From contig CAOQYA010000004.1 of NCBI GenBank assembly GCA_948514155.1, positions 855 through 64,854 on the forward strand: a DNA stretch of 64,000 bases, given 5' to 3'. Positions 55,466 to 64,000 of this stretch are shown here, in pieces. Each line of letters opens with the position of its first letter. Position 1 is the stretch's first letter. Below the pieces are notes generated by a model, which did no database searches, was not told where the DNA came from, and saw nothing but the letters and a program-made list of their open reading frames with translations. The DNA comes from an uncultured Eubacteriales bacterium. Its GTDB lineage: Bacteria; Bacillota; Clostridia; Christensenellales; UBA1242. Position numbers and translations under genes: made by a program.

Positions 55466-55978
55466 ATGAGAATGCTAAAAAAGATTAAATATCTGATTTT
55501 CCCAGTGCTTGCCGCGCTTCTTTTTGCCGGCTGCGAGCAGACCAATGACCTGATTGTGGCCTCTTTTTCTAACGCCACTGCTGACGGCAGCGAAAATTTT
55601 GCCGCAAAACTCAATTTTCAGCAAGATAGGCGATTGGAAGAGAAATATTATGACATCCAAATCATGACCGACACGGAAAACTCGAAAATCGTTTTTTGGA
55701 AGGAAGGAGAGGATAAGGTGACCACCACGATAAAGGAAAAAAATCGTTGGAAGTCGCTTACAAGTTTGAAAGTGGGCGCGGCAGGGCTTGCCGGCACGGA
55801 GACCTTCCAAAAACTTAAGGATGCGGTGGATGTGACCTACATCTTCAACACCGAAAAGCCAATCAAAATCTTTTTGCGAGTGGTGTCGGGCGAAGAAGTG
55901 GATAACAGCGCCGGGACGGGCAAGATTTTGGCAAACACCGAGCCTGTCAGCCAAGATTTCGTGCTTGAATGCAGATAA
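55466..55978 (+). CDS. hypothetical lipoprotein
   Basis: Signal peptide with a lipobox (LLFAGC). Confidence 0.65.
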   Translation: MRMLKKIKYLIFPVLAALLFAGCEQTNDLIVASFSNATADGSENFAAKLNFQQDRRLEEKYYDIQIMTDTENSKIVFWKEGEDKVTTTIKEKNRWKSLTSLKVGAAGLAGTETFQKLKDAVDVTYIFNTEKPIKIFLRVVSGEEVDNSAGTGKILANTEPVSQDFVLECR

Positions 55979-56048
55979 CAAAAATGAAAGCGTTTAAATT
56001 CGCTTTTATTTTTTTAAAAAGTATAGTAGAATGAGACTAGGAGTTAAT

Positions 56049-56714
56049 ATGCTTTCAATAAAACATCTTTATCATAAATACACAAGAGAATTTTTCGCAC
56101 TATATGACATCAATTTGGAGGTGGAAGACGGCGAAAAAGTGGCGTTTGTTGGTGCGGACGACAGCGGAAAAACGAGTTTGATTCGTATTATTGCCAAACT
56201 TGAAAAGCCAAGCAAGGGCGAGATATATCTTAAAGACAGGCCACTTAAAAAAGTGAATTTCATGTCCGACATAAGCGCCGGATATGTGCCCGCGACCCCG
56301 GTTTTTCTTGAAAATAAAACAGTGTATGAAAACTTGAAATATATTTTAAGCGAGCGAAAGGTGCCGGCCATGGATATTGAAAGCAAAATCAACGAGGCGG
56401 TTATCGATTTTTCGCTTGAAAAAATCAAAGACGAAAAAGTTTGCAATCTAAGTGTGGAAGAAAAATATATTCTCTCGCTTATCCGCCTGTCATTCAGAAA
56501 ACTTGATTTTCTTATGATAGACAACATTTTCGAGGGGCTTTCGGAGTTTTACATTGAGGTTATCGAGGAGATAATGGAAAAACTCGTCTCGCCGTCCACA
56601 ACGCTTATCCTTGCAACGACAGACGAAAAAATTGCAGAAAGGTTCTGCAAAAGAAAGGTCTATTTTAAAAGTGGCTCCATTGTTTCTGCAAGCGAGTTCA
56701 ACGAAGAAAACTAA
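56049..56714 (+). CDS. ABC-ATPase-like protein with degenerate signature and Walker B motifs
   Basis: Walker A is present (GADDSGKTS). The signature reads LSVEEK instead of LSGGQ, and Walker B reads LMIDNI instead of hhhhDE. No permease gene is adjacent. Confidence 0.6.
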   Translation: MLSIKHLYHKYTREFFALYDINLEVEDGEKVAFVGADDSGKTSLIRIIAKLEKPSKGEIYLKDRPLKKVNFMSDISAGYVPATPVFLENKTVYENLKYILSERKVPAMDIESKINEAVIDFSLEKIKDEKVCNLSVEEKYILSLIRLSFRKLDFLMIDNIFEGLSEFYIEVIEEIMEKLVSPSTTLILATTDEKIAERFCKRKVYFKSGSIVSASEFNEEN

Positions 56715-57067
56715 GTTTCGGGAAATTCTTTTTCCTCGGTGCTAGGCGCCGGGGAATTTTTTTTGTTGCCGGGAAGCGACCCAAAAATTGCCGCTAGGGG
56801 ATTTGAACTGTCCGCGCCTAAACTCTTCAGCATGTCGCCGCCGAGCGCCGAACTGCCGCCGCCCATAGACTTTAAAAGAAGTGGCAAAAGCGCGCTCATG
56901 CCGTTGCCGCCGCTAAGAAGAGCGCCGAGCATCCCGCCATTTTGGCCATTTTGATTTTGCTCATTTGGCTGCGAGAAAGTTTGGGCGCCGTCATTGACAA
57001 AAGCGCGATTATTGTTTTGCTGCGAATATGCCTCCTCTGGATAGAGCGGCGGAAAAGAATTATTCAT
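56711..57067 (-). CDS. hypothetical low-complexity (N/Q/G-rich) protein
   Basis: 118-aa ORF with an N/Q-rich N-terminus and G/L/S-rich repeats (GGMLGALLSGGNGMSALLPLLL). Coding status is supported only by its length and its position in a gap between other genes. Confidence 0.4.
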   Translation of the reverse strand: MNNSFPPLYPEEAYSQQNNNRAFVNDGAQTFSQPNEQNQNGQNGGMLGALLSGGNGMSALLPLLLKSMGGGSSALGGDMLKSLGADSSNPLAAIFGSLPGNKKNSPAPSTEEKEFPET

Positions 57068-57162
57068 GCTATTTGTATATGCGCCCGCTTTAATATTTGC
57101 AACAAATTTGTGGAAAAATCAATGTCAAACTCATATCATGTATAAGTAGTAAGGGAGACGAT

Positions 57163-57453
57163 ATGAGCAAAAACTTTGCCGATTTCAAAGCCGAAAGGCC
57201 GCAGTCTAATGAAAAAAAGAGTGCCGCGTCCAGCACAAATTCTGCTGAGCAGGACCTTAAAAAAGCATATGACGAACTTAAAGACCTCGACTCTAAATCG
57301 CTGGCTGCAAGGCTGAGCGAAGAGGTGAAGCGGCAAAAAAATAACGGCACTTTCAACTATCAGATGCTTCTCGAGAGTGTGGAGAGTATGAGAATGTTCA
57401 TGCCGCAAGAGTCTTACATCTCGCTTAAAAATCTACTTGAGAATATTAAATGA
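57163..57453 (+). CDS. hypothetical small helical protein (96 aa)
   Basis: ATG 57163 has AAGGGAG upstream. Its stop overlaps the S8 protease start (ATGA). Confidence 0.5.
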   Translation: MSKNFADFKAERPQSNEKKSAASSTNSAEQDLKKAYDELKDLDSKSLAARLSEEVKRQKNNGTFNYQMLLESVESMRMFMPQESYISLKNLLENIK

Positions 57454-58595
57454 ACATGAGAAAAATTGATGCGTCGCTATTGAAATATGCGGCGGCGGAA
57501 AGTTCGGGCAAAAGAATATGCTGCCTTGTCAGCGCCAGAGGCTTTGGCGAACTTAAAAAAATCTTACAAGAGAAGAAGATTGAGATATTAAATGAATATT
57601 TATTCATAAAGTCTTTTTTTGTCGCTGCAACAAGGGAGGAGATAATTTTTCTTTCCCGTTTGGGGAGCGTCAAGTTCATTTCTTCCAACACGAGTGCGCT
57701 TGCGCTTATGCATGTTGCGCGCAGGGTGCTAAATTTTCCTGTCTGTCCTCTTTCTGGCTTGGGAGTGGGCGCGGCTTTTATCGATACCGGCATCAGCGCA
57801 CATTGCGACTTCTGTCTTGGGAAAAATCGCATAAAAAAATTTGTTGATCTTGTGGGTAACAAAAGCGCGCCATATGACGATAATGGGCACGGCAGTTTTG
57901 TGGCCGGCGTGTGCGCCGGCTCGGGAGCGGGGAGCGCCGGCAAATATAAAGGCTTCGCGCCGCGCGCGGACATATTTGCTTTGAAGGCGCTCGATAAAAA
58001 TGGCGAAGCTTATTCCAACAAAATTCTTTCCGCAATGGAATGGGTATTCGATAATCACAAAAAAGAAAACATTCGCGTTGTGTGCATGAGTTTTGGCAGC
58101 GAGCCGCTTGGCTTCAATGACCCAATCATGAACGGTGCGGAAGAACTTTGGAAAAGCGGAGTGATTGTTGTTGCCGCGGCGGGTAACAGCGGTCCCGAAT
58201 ATCAATCGATAAAAAGCCCCGGCGTTAGCAGAAAACTGATAACCGTCGGTGGGCTGGACGATAACAGATATGACGACAACTCTTTCTCGCACTCGCTTTT
58301 TGAGATTGCAGACTTTTCTTCTCGCGGTCCGTCATTTAGAAGTTTCAAGCCCGATGTTGTTGCGCCGGCCGTTGACATCACATCTTGCGCGGCGAGTGGA
58401 GGCTATTGCAAACTTAGCGGCACAAGTGTAGCCACGCCAATGATTGCCGGAATTATGTGTCTAATGTGTGAGCGCTATCCTGGCATAACTCCCGACGAAG
58501 CAAAGCGCAAACTTCTTTCAGTTTGCAAGCCAATTTGCTTTAACAGAAATCATGAGGGCTTTGGCTATCCGGACCTAACTAAACTTTTCGATTAA
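57450..58595 (+). CDS. S8 family (subtilisin-like) serine peptidase, apparently intracellular
   Basis: Catalytic triad contexts FIDTGIS (Asp), HGSFVAG (His) and GTSVATP (Ser). There is an N-terminal I9-like propeptide segment and no signal peptide. Confidence 0.85.
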   Translation: MNMRKIDASLLKYAAAESSGKRICCLVSARGFGELKKILQEKKIEILNEYLFIKSFFVAATREEIIFLSRLGSVKFISSNTSALALMHVARRVLNFPVCPLSGLGVGAAFIDTGISAHCDFCLGKNRIKKFVDLVGNKSAPYDDNGHGSFVAGVCAGSGAGSAGKYKGFAPRADIFALKALDKNGEAYSNKILSAMEWVFDNHKKENIRVVCMSFGSEPLGFNDPIMNGAEELWKSGVIVVAAAGNSGPEYQSIKSPGVSRKLITVGGLDDNRYDDNSFSHSLFEIADFSSRGPSFRSFKPDVVAPAVDITSCAASGGYCKLSGTSVATPMIAGIMCLMCERYPGITPDEAKRKLLSVCKPICFNRNHEGFGYPDLTKLFD

Positions 58596-59612
58596 CTTAA
58601 TAATTTTTTCATTTGCCTCATTAACACCTGCTTTTTGCAGGTTTTTTTTGTAAAAATTAATGTTTTTGAACATTTTTTCGATTGTTTGGCTCAATTTTTC
58701 TTGAGAAAGATTTTCGTCTAAAATCATTTCTCCATAGCCAAGTTTAGAAAAAAGTTTGGCGTTTTCTATCTGGTCGCCTCGCGATGCGGCTTTGGAAAGA
58801 GGAAGCATAAGCATCGGCTTTTTGAGCGCAAGAAGTTCATTTATAACGCCCGAGCCGGCGCGAGTAACAACAAGGTCGGCTGCGGCATAGAAGTCGGCGA
58901 TAGGGTCAAGATAAGCAAGCGGGAAATAGCCCGGCTGCACAGAAATGGAGGAAATGTTATTCTTTCCAACTGCATGAATAACTGTGAAACCCTTTGTTAA
59001 AAAGGAAGGGTCTTTTAAAAGTTCATTCATTCGAACAGAGCCTAAACTTCCGCCCACAAACAAAATAATCGGCTTGTTTGAATATCCAATTTTTGCCAGC
59101 ACCTTGCTTCTGTCGCCCGAAAGAATTCCCCGCCTTATCGGCTGTCCCGTCCAAATATAGTTTTTGTTTAACTTGCTTGTTTCATAGAATGTTGTGCAGA
59201 CGGCTTTTGCCGAGCGTGCGATAAGTTTGTTCGCTAGCCCCATGCTTAAGTCGGACTCGTGTGTGATAACAGGGATGCCCAACTTTTTTGCCGCCCTCGC
59301 AACCGGGACGGAAACATATCCGCCCTTTGAAAAAATCACATTTGGACTGATTTCTTTAAGCACTTTTTTTGCCGCCGTAACTGCCTTTAAAAGTTTGAAG
59401 GGAAGAAGCGCGTTTTTAAAAATATGCGCTCTGTCAAACTTGACGGTTTCAATTTCGTGAAAAGAAATTCCGCCAAACTTTTTGACGATATCTTCTTCCA
59501 TGCCATGCGAGCCGATATAGTGCATCTCAAAGCCTTTAAGTTCTTCGGCGATTGCGAGATTTGGATATATGTGTCCCGCAGTTCCGCCGCCGGTGAAAAC
59601 AATCTTCTTCAT
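58575..59612 (-). CDS. murG: undecaprenyldiphospho-muramoylpentapeptide beta-N-acetylglucosaminyltransferase MurG
   Basis: FTGGGTAGHIYPNLAIAEEL N-terminus and a GT28 C-terminal domain. Confidence 0.9.
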   Translation of the reverse strand: MKKIVFTGGGTAGHIYPNLAIAEELKGFEMHYIGSHGMEEDIVKKFGGISFHEIETVKFDRAHIFKNALLPFKLLKAVTAAKKVLKEISPNVIFSKGGYVSVPVARAAKKLGIPVITHESDLSMGLANKLIARSAKAVCTTFYETSKLNKNYIWTGQPIRRGILSGDRSKVLAKIGYSNKPIILFVGGSLGSVRMNELLKDPSFLTKGFTVIHAVGKNNISSISVQPGYFPLAYLDPIADFYAAADLVVTRAGSGVINELLALKKPMLMLPLSKAASRGDQIENAKLFSKLGYGEMILDENLSQEKLSQTIEKMFKNINFYKKNLQKAGVNEANEKIIKLIEKFS

Positions 59613-59732
59613 TTTTTAACTCCTGTGTTTTAATATATTTTACGCAACAAGAAGTGAATATATTTATGTGATTTAATGAATATTTATACATAAAAAAGAA
59701 TAAATTCTCAGCCCGTAAAGTGTCGAAAAAAT

Positions 59733-59761
59733 TTGGCTAAAAATTTCAAATATGTTAAAAT
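59733..59761 (+). promoter_or_regulatory. sigma-A-type promoter of parE-parC
   Basis: TTGGCT, a 17-nt spacer, then TAAAAT with a TGT extended -10. The track's TTG 59733 start is the -35 box itself. Confidence 0.5.
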
Positions 59762-59795
59762 ATATCTAAGCAGAAAGATTTTTACAGGAGAAAAT

Positions 59796-61742
59796 ATGGC
59801 TGAGTATAAATCGAAAGACATCGTTGTTCTTGAAGGGCTTGACGCAGTGAGGCTGAGGCCGGGCATGTATATCGGAACAACGGGCGCAAAAGGTTTTCAC
59901 CACATCCTTTGGGAAATCGTGGACAACGCGATAGACGAAATTTCAAGCGGCTATGGCGACACAATCAACATCACTTTAAATCAGGACGGCAGCGCCACCG
60001 TAGAAGATAACGGGCGCGGAATTCCGGTTGACAAACATCCGACCATGAAAAAATCCGGCGTCGAAGTTGTTTACACAACTCTTCATGCGGGCGGAAAGTT
60101 CAACAGTTCAAACTATAAATTCTCGGGCGGTCTTCACGGCGTGGGTGCGTCTGTGACGAATGCGCTCTCTTCCTGGTGCGATGTCACAGTTTTTCGTGAC
60201 GGCAAAGAGCACAACATGCGTTTTGTCTCCAAGGAAGGGGCCGACGGCAAGGTTCATGGCGGCATAGTTGAAAAGCCGCTTGAAGTTGTGGGTGCTGCAA
60301 AGAAGACGGGCACAAAAGTATCCTTCCTGCCGGACGAACTTATTTTTGGCAAGCAATCGTTCAGTTTTGAGGCCATTTCCAAGCGAGCACGCGAACTTGC
60401 TTTTCTTAATAAGAACTTGAAAATAAACGTTATCGATAAAATTGGCGGTGGCCAAGCATTTTTTCACTATGAAGGCGGAATTGCCGACTTTGCTGAATAT
60501 CTTGTGGAAGGCAAAAATAGACTTTTCTCAAAGCCTATCTTTATCGAAGGCGAAGACGAAGATTTCCGCATGGAAATGGCGCTTATTTACACTGACGGCT
60601 ACACAGAAAGTTGTTTTTCATATGTCAATAATATTCCGACCACCGAAGGTGGCACGCACGAGACTGGCGCGAAAAGTGCAATCACCAAGGTGTTCAACGA
60701 CTATGCCCGTGCAAACGGCGTGCTGAAAGAAAAAGACCCAAACTTCCTAGGCGAAGACTTCCGCGAGGGTGTGACAATGGTGCTCTCAGTGAAAATGAAC
60801 AATGTGCAGTTCGAGGGTCAGACCAAAACTAAACTCGGCAACCCCGAAGCGCGTGTTAAGGTGGAAGCACTTGCAATCAAGGCGCTCGGTGAATTTCTTT
60901 CGAGCAAAAAAGTTGCGCCGGTTGCAGAGGCGATTTTGAATAAGGCTAAGGCCGCGCTTAAAACAAGAGAGGCGGCAAAGCGCGCAAAAGAACTTTCGCG
61001 TGCCAAAAACTCGGCAGACAATTTTAATTTGGTGGGCAAACTTGCGGCCTCTTCCTCACGAAATCGTGAAAAGGCGGAATTGTTTATCGTGGAAGGAGAC
61101 TCCGCGGGCGGCAGCGCAAAGCAGGGCAGAGACCGCTCTTTCCAAGCCATTCTTCCTCTTCGCGGCAAGCCGCTAAACGCCGAGAAAAAACGCATTGACC
61201 AGGTGCTGGGCAACGAAGAAATTCGCACAATCATTTCCGCGCTCGAAACAGGAATCGGCGAGGATTTTGACCTATCCTCTCTTCGTTACAATAAAGTGAT
61301 TATCTTGTCGGATGCCGACCAAGACGGCGCACACATCCGTGCGATACTTTTAACTTTCTTTTTCAGATATATGCGTGAACTTATCAACGACGGGCATGTG
61401 TTTATCGGACTTCCGCCGCTCTACAAAGTTTTCAAAAAAGGCTTTGAAGAGTATGTGTATTCGGACGCCGAACTTCCGGCAGCCGTGGCGCGTTGCGGAA
61501 AGGGCTATATGATACAAAGATATAAAGGTCTTGGTGAAATGAACCCCGACCAACTTTTTGAAACGACCATGGACCCAGAAAAGCGCTCTCTCATTCAAGT
61601 GACAATCGAGGATGCGGCCGAGGCCGAGAAAATGGTGGTCACGCTTATGGGTGACGATATCGATGCAAGAAAGGAATATATTTCAAAGCACGCCAACTTT
61701 GATAGGGTTGACGAGTTTATGAATGAATACAAGGGAGGTTAA
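59796..61742 (+). CDS. parE: type IIA topoisomerase subunit B (probably topoisomerase IV ParE)
   Basis: GHKL ATPase ([29 protein letters not shown]) and TOPRIM ([15 protein letters not shown]). It is paired with a ParC-like A subunit and is not next to dnaA/dnaN/recF. Confidence 0.8.
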   Translation: MAEYKSKDIVVLEGLDAVRLRPGMYIGTTGAKGFHHILWEIVDNAIDEISSGYGDTINITLNQDGSATVEDNGRGIPVDKHPTMKKSGVEVVYTTLHAGGKFNSSNYKFSGGLHGVGASVTNALSSWCDVTVFRDGKEHNMRFVSKEGADGKVHGGIVEKPLEVVGAAKKTGTKVSFLPDELIFGKQSFSFEAISKRARELAFLNKNLKINVIDKIGGGQAFFHYEGGIADFAEYLVEGKNRLFSKPIFIEGEDEDFRMEMALIYTDGYTESCFSYVNNIPTTEGGTHETGAKSAITKVFNDYARANGVLKEKDPNFLGEDFREGVTMVLSVKMNNVQFEGQTKTKLGNPEARVKVEALAIKALGEFLSSKKVAPVAEAILNKAKAALKTREAAKRAKELSRAKNSADNFNLVGKLAASSSRNREKAELFIVEGDSAGGSAKQGRDRSFQAILPLRGKPLNAEKKRIDQVLGNEEIRTIISALETGIGEDFDLSSLRYNKVIILSDADQDGAHIRAILLTFFFRYMRELINDGHVFIGLPPLYKVFKKGFEEYVYSDAELPAAVARCGKGYMIQRYKGLGEMNPDQLFETTMDPEKRSLIQVTIEDAAEAEKMVVTLMGDDIDARKEYISKHANFDRVDEFMNEYKGG

Positions 61743-61744
61743 CG

Positions 61745-64000
61745 GTGGAAGAGATTATATATAGGTCACTCGACGAAGTTCTTCATAATTCCATGATCCC
61801 ATACACCGAGCATGTTGTGCTCGACCGCGCACTTCCAAGAGTAGAGGACGGACTCAAGCCGGTGCAGCGTAGAATTCTCTATTCGATGCTGGAACTTGGG
61901 CTTCAGCCGGAAAAACAATATAGAAAATCGGCAAGAATTGTCGGCGATTGCATGGGCAAATATCACCCTCACGGCGACAGTTCTGTCTATGACGCAATGG
62001 TGAGAATGAGCCAGGACTTTGTGCTGCGCGCTCCGCTTGTGGACGGGCATGGAAACTTCGGCTCGGTGGACGGCGACAGCGCCGCGGCCATGCGTTACAC
62101 AGAGGCAAAACTTGCCCCGCTTGCCATGGAACTTCTTCGGGACCTTGAAAAGGACACGGTGAAATGGAGCCTTAACTTTGACGACACTTTGAAAGAGCCG
62201 GACATGCTTCCGGGCAGATTTCCAAATCTTCTTGTCAATGGCGCATCGGGCATTGCTGTTGGCGTTGCAACAAACATTCCGCCTCACAACTTGGGCGAGG
62301 TGATTGACGGCGTGGTGGCATACATCGATAACCCAAAAATCTCGCTTGAAAATATGATGCAAATAATTAAGGGTCCCGACTTTCCAACCGGCGGGGAACT
62401 TATCTTCGGTGACGGCCTAAAAGCGGCATATGAGACCGGCAAGGGCAAAATCACTATTAGGGCAAAAGTTGGCATTGAGAGCAATGGCGATAAGACCAGC
62501 CTTGTTATCACAGAGCTTCCATATCAGGTGAATAAGGCCGCGCTCCTGCAAAAAATTGTTGAACTTAAAGAAGCGAATAAGGATAAACTTGCCTCCATCA
62601 GCGAAATTCGCGACGAAAGCGATAAAAATGGCATGCGCGCGATAATTAGGCTGAAAAAGGATGCAAATCCTAAAAAAATCCTTGAAATTTTGTATAAATC
62701 CACAAATTTGCAGGTTTCATATGCCATCAACATGGTGGCAATTGCAGGTGGCAAGCCTCGTCTTCTTGGCCTTATGGATGTGATTTCCTATTACACCGAC
62801 TATCAGCGCGAGGTGATTATTCGTCGCACGCGTTTCGACCTTAATGCGGCAAAAGATAGGGCACACATCGTGGAAGGATTGTTGAAGGCGATTGCTAATA
62901 TCGACGCCGTGATTAAGATTATCAAAACAAGCCCGAATATCTCCGAAGCCAAGGTGCGCCTAAGAGCCAAGTTTGGTTTTTCGGAAAAACAGACGCAAGC
63001 GATTTTGGATATGCGTCTTGCTCGTCTTGTGAACTTGGAAGAGGATAAACTTAAGTGCGAACTTAAAGAACTTAAAGAAACAATCGACACGCTTACAAAA
63101 ATTCTTGGCAGCAAAACACTGCAAAACAATGTGATTAAGAAGGAGATTTTGGAAATCAAACGCTCCTTCGGCTCGCCAAGAAAGAGCCATGTTTTGAAAA
63201 GCGCAGACATCAAAGTTAAAGAGATTAACGCCGAAACTGTCTCCGCTCAGAACTATGTTCTTGCCTTGACTGCTGGCGGCACAATAAAGAAAGTGAGCGC
63301 GAAAAACTATTCGATGTCGAATAAAGCGCTTTCCGATAATTCCGCGCTCACCGATGTTCACTCTCAGGTTGTAAGTTGCACCTCTCTTGACACAGTTCTC
63401 ATTTTCTCCGAAAAGGGAAATGTAATCAAACTCTCTGCAGACAAGATTAAAGAGTGCAAGTGGCGCGACAAAGGCTTCTCCATGCACGAACTCGACGCGA
63501 ATGCTCCGGCAAGCGAAAGGGCTTCAAAAATTCTCATTGCAGGCAAGGGCAGCGAAGTTCTTTTCTTCACGCGCACGGGCATGATAAAGCGCTCCACGCT
63601 CGCGGACACACTCGCTCAAAAATCTTTCTATCAAGCGGTTAAAATTCAGGACGCGGATAGCCTGATAAATGTTGAATATCTGGACCCGGCCAAGAAAGTT
63701 CTCATGCTTTCCTCTCAAGGAATGAGCCTTGCCTTTGACGCGGCGGAGGTGCCTTGCCAAGGCAGAGTTTCGATTGGCGTAAAGGGAATAAACATGGAAG
63801 AGGGCGACAGCGTTGCCTTTGCAGGGCAGTTTAGCGCTTCCGAAAATGTTGTTGCAGTCTCGGCAAATGGCGAAGTTAAGAAGATTGAATGCAAGCACTT
63901 TGCTCTCTCGTCTAGATATAGGAAAGGTTTAAAATATTTCTCACTGGACGGCAAAAACAGCGTGGCCTTTGCCTCGATTGGAGAGCAAACACTTGCGGTA
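61745..64000 (+). CDS. parC: type IIA topoisomerase subunit A (probably ParC), 3'-truncated by the window end
   Basis: Hand-translated from GTG 61745, with GGGAGG upstream. It is open to the window end and absent from the ORF track. Motifs [22 protein letters not shown] and AAMRYTE are present. The CTD lacks a GyrA box and has a KWRDKG motif like Gram-positive ParC. Confidence 0.85.
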   Translation, partial: MEEIIYRSLDEVLHNSMIPYTEHVVLDRALPRVEDGLKPVQRRILYSMLELGLQPEKQYRKSARIVGDCMGKYHPHGDSSVYDAMVRMSQDFVLRAPLVDGHGNFGSVDGDSAAAMRYTEAKLAPLAMELLRDLEKDTVKWSLNFDDTLKEPDMLPGRFPNLLVNGASGIAVGVATNIPPHNLGEVIDGVVAYIDNPKISLENMMQIIKGPDFPTGGELIFGDGLKAAYETGKGKITIRAKVGIESNGDKTSLVITELPYQVNKAALLQKIVELKEANKDKLASISEIRDESDKNGMRAIIRLKKDANPKKILEILYKSTNLQVSYAINMVAIAGGKPRLLGLMDVISYYTDYQREVIIRRTRFDLNAAKDRAHIVEGLLKAIANIDAVIKIIKTSPNISEAKVRLRAKFGFSEKQTQAILDMRLARLVNLEEDKLKCELKELKETIDTLTKILGSKTLQNNVIKKEILEIKRSFGSPRKSHVLKSADIKVKEINAETVSAQNYVLALTAGGTIKKVSAKNYSMSNKALSDNSALTDVHSQVVSCTSLDTVLIFSEKGNVIKLSADKIKECKWRDKGFSMHELDANAPASERASKILIAGKGSEVLFFTRTGMIKRSTLADTLAQKSFYQAVKIQDADSLINVEYLDPAKKVLMLSSQGMSLAFDAAEVPCQGRVSIGVKGINMEEGDSVAFAGQFSASENVVAVSANGEVKKIECKHFALSSRYRKGLKYFSLDGKNSVAFASIGEQTLAV

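Noticed and set aside
61766-63954. A series of minus-strand ORFs (up to 198 aa) in a region the track shows without a plus-strand gene
   Set aside because: The plus strand encodes an uninterrupted ParC-like protein from GTG 61745 to the window end, which the track omits because it has no stop. The minus ORFs are antisense shadows.

Overview
This 64-kb window is a chromosomal segment of a low-GC Gram-positive bacterium (Bacillota). The gene order, a gpr germination protease, a T-box leader and a large Bacillus-type SRP RNA suggest a spore-forming Clostridia/Bacilli-like lineage. Most of it is tightly packed housekeeping: rsmD, lepA-hemW, ylxM-ffh-rpsP-khpA-rimM-trmD, rbgA, yraN, rplS, comM-dprA-topA-(trmFO-like)-hslVU-trxA, nifS-nifU, SRP RNA, T-box/ileS, pepF, tadA, rlmH, rpsT/gpr, murI, groESL, murG and parE-parC. 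parC runs off the 3' end and is missing from the ORF track because it has no stop. Six things stand out. (1) An ~8-kb phage-derived TerS-core/portal/scaffold/capsid/tail-hub/holin module at 42.5-50.7 kb has no large terminase, integrase, tail fibre or endolysin, yet looks intact. (2) Two almost pure-GC intergenic elements at 7.1 kb and 34.2 kb share one architecture: three hairpins closed by a GCGCGC stem. (3) A 771-aa GLUG-like Cys-ladder repeat surface protein is preceded by a G11 homopolymer. (4) There is a HEPN(Rx4H)-CBS fusion protein. (5) A 67-aa Cys/Pro-rich peptide carries a hydrophobic tail. (6) There are degenerate TrmFO-like and ABC-ATPase-like paralogues. I saw no rRNA, tRNA, CRISPR array or IS transposase. 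All family assignments come from reading motifs by eye and need HMM or structure confirmation.
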